Assembly: GCA_963766445.1 (NCBI GenBank) | Contig: CAVXZW010000017.1 | Coordinates: 24,393 to 88,392, forward strand | Direction: 5' to 3' | From: an uncultured Actinomycetes bacterium | Lineage (GTDB): Bacteria > Actinomycetota > Thermoleophilia > Gaiellales > JAICJC01 | DNA length: 64,000 bases | Notes under the pieces: model-generated | Database searches by the model: none | Told to the model about the DNA's origin: nothing | What the model saw: only the letters and a program-made list of their open reading frames with translations | Made by a program: the position numbers and the translations under genes | Shown here: positions 62,464 through 64,000 of the stretch, in pieces | Numbering within the stretch: the stretch's first letter is position 1 | How the letters are laid out: each line of letters begins with the position of its first letter

Positions 62464-62727
62464 CTACTCCTCGACGAGTATCACGAGCGTCTCTGGCAGC
62501 ACGCCGTCATGGTCCATCGCCTCGGCCGCCGCCTCGGTCTGCATGAAGGCCGTGACAGCATCCATGTCGGCAACGTCCATGAGCACAGCAACGTGGGTCG
62601 GATTCTGAGGGTCGACGAACGTGCGGATGTTGGTGACGCCGAGAGGGCCGAACACCTCTTCGCGCTTGGGCGAGGCGAGCCAGTGCTTGGTGTCCTTGAC
62701 GTCGTGATGGCCGATCACGGTGGGCAT
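62464..62727 (-). CDS. small hypothetical protein (87 aa)
   Basis: AGGAGA SD before ATG 62727. MPTVIGHHDVKDTKHWLASPKREEVFGPLGVTNIRTFVDP... Family not recognised. Confidence 0.55.
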   Translation of the reverse strand: MPTVIGHHDVKDTKHWLASPKREEVFGPLGVTNIRTFVDPQNPTHVAVLMDVADMDAVTAFMQTEAAAEAMDHDGVLPETLVILVEE

Positions 62728-62934
62728 ACGCTCTCCTGGCTTCAACGCCCGGCGGTAGTGTCGGACGACTGGAGCGGATCGTACGCCCTTTTCGCTCGTC
62801 GTCGGGCGGTGCCTGCCGCTGCCGGTATCACGAGATTGTTCTGCCCGCCCGCCGGCATCACCAATCCGCATTCCCTGCCCTAGATGATCCGTCCCGGCGG
62901 GCGGAGAAGGGCTGCCAACCGAGCGTCGGCAGTC

Positions 62935-63216
62935 CTAGCGCTTGATGATGTTGTGGACCTCGAAGACCTCTGGCTCGGCCGAAAACTGGATTCCAACATC
63001 CGCCAGAATCGGCATCAAGACTTCGCCGTACGCCAGGAGTTGCTCTTGGGAATCCCAGATTTCGCTGACGCGCAGGTCTCCGTCGGTTCCGAAGCAGACG
63101 TGGTAGTCCCTGCCGTCCGGTGGAAACTTGAACTCAGCGCCTTTCTCGCGTCGTACCACGTCCTCGTACTGCGCGATGGTCACATTCGTCGGATGAAACC
63201 GGACAACGATGCTCAT
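62935..63216 (-). CDS. small hypothetical protein (93 aa), possibly ABM-like alpha/beta barrel
   Basis: GGAGGA SD before ATG 63216. MSIVVRFHPTNVTIAQYEDVVRREKG... The fold assignment is tentative. Confidence 0.55.
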   Translation of the reverse strand: MSIVVRFHPTNVTIAQYEDVVRREKGAEFKFPPDGRDYHVCFGTDGDLRVSEIWDSQEQLLAYGEVLMPILADVGIQFSAEPEVFEVHNIIKR

Positions 63217-63284
63217 AACGCGATCCTCCGTAGTTGGGGGCACCACCCTATCCCGCATCTCTGGGCGAAGCGGCGGCACTCGCC

Positions 63285-63923
63285 TCAGCGAAGAGCCTCC
63301 TCGAACCGCGGGTCGTCGCGCACCGCGGCGAAGTCGTCGTCTCTGCGTGCGTCCTCACGGAACTGCGGACGCAGTTCGACGGACCGCCGGAGGTGGGCGA
63401 ACGTGTCGTCGCTGGTGTCGCCCGCGAGCGTTGCGAAGCAGGCGTAGTTGTAGTGCAGGCCCGCGTGGTCCGGCATGTGCTCGAGGGCAACGCGAACCGA
63501 TTCGAGCGCGTCGGCATACCGCTGTTCGCCGTAGGCGGTCATGGACTCGCTGTGGAACTGCCACGCGTCGCCCCAGTCGATCCCCTGGTACGCCTCGCCC
63601 GGAGTGGCGCCGACGACCAGGAGGGTTCCGTCACCGATCACCTTCCTCCGCGCCTCCGGCCCCACAGACACGAGCGTTCCCGGCGGCGCGTCGACCGCCT
63701 CGCCGTCGATCTCGAAGGTCGCCTTCCCGTCGAGCACGATGTACAGCTCCTCCTGTCCCGACCCGGCCTCGTCGTGCTCATTGACCAGCGTCCCGTCCGC
63801 GCTCGGCGTGAAGGCGTTGATTCCGAATGCGTGGATCCCGAGGTACTCGCGCACCGGAATATCCCGGCCGCGCCGCTCGATGTCGTCGATGTGCGCGACC
63901 TTCCAGTTCGGCTTGTCGTTCAT
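63285..63923 (-). CDS. cupin-domain protein with a helical C-terminal extension
   Basis: GGGAGGTG SD before ATG 63923. ...GQEELYIVLDGKATFEIDGEAVDAPPGTLVSV cupin core, then a TPR-like tail. Confidence 0.7.
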   Translation of the reverse strand: MNDKPNWKVAHIDDIERRGRDIPVREYLGIHAFGINAFTPSADGTLVNEHDEAGSGQEELYIVLDGKATFEIDGEAVDAPPGTLVSVGPEARRKVIGDGTLLVVGATPGEAYQGIDWGDAWQFHSESMTAYGEQRYADALESVRVALEHMPDHAGLHYNYACFATLAGDTSDDTFAHLRRSVELRPQFREDARRDDDFAAVRDDPRFEEALR

Positions 63924-64000
63924 CCGATCACCTCCCAATAGCGAGTACGCACAGTAGCCCGTGTTAGACGGCTTCTTCGCGCTTTCCGGGCAGGCGCCGC

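Noticed and set aside
63941-64000. Possible 3' end of a minus-strand gene (…RRLPGKREEAV* with TAA near 63966)
   Set aside because: Only about 11 codons are visible. Too short to support a feature.

Overview
High-GC, Actinomycetota-like core chromosome, transcribed almost entirely on the minus strand. The synteny is classical. Reading from high to low coordinates: valS-folC-(Zn-ribbon membrane protein)-ndk-maf-mreB-uppP-mreC-mreD-mrdA-rodA. Then a TIGR03960/TIGR03936 radical-SAM pair followed by rne-rplU-rpmA-obgE-nadD-rsfS. Then one tRNA-Ala(GGC) and an accessory patch (VOC/glyoxalase genes, SnoaL-like, MFS, two MarR, amidohydrolase, M3 peptidase). Then leuS-comEA-comEC, citrate synthase and Rrf2, holA, rpsT, murJ-lepA-hemW-hrcA, and dnaJ-prmA-rsmE-mtaB-yqeY-phoH-ybeY-dgkA. 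I saw no rRNA, CRISPR array, transposase, integrase or recognisable defence or toxin genes. The most interesting locus is a 2.1-kb module between hrcA and dnaJ. It holds an XRE-HTH + TPR regulator, followed at once by a 35-codon secretion-signal-like small ORF with a strong Shine-Dalgarno. A good sigma70-type promoter diverges from the regulator and drives an ORF-free structured transcript. This layout resembles RRNPP/arbitrium-type peptide signalling cassettes. Other non-coding curiosities are a 166-bp palindromic MITE-like element present twice in opposite orientation, each copy abutting a regulator's stop codon. There is also a 407-bp repeat-dense leader upstream of the radical-SAM/rne operon, and twin perfect hairpins between murJ and rpsT. 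Major caveat: about 30 single-nucleotide frame shifts interrupt otherwise well conserved genes, many of them essential. Assembly indel errors are more likely than biology, and gene coordinates below are joined across those shifts. All calls come from reading the sequence and ORF track by eye. No searches were run.
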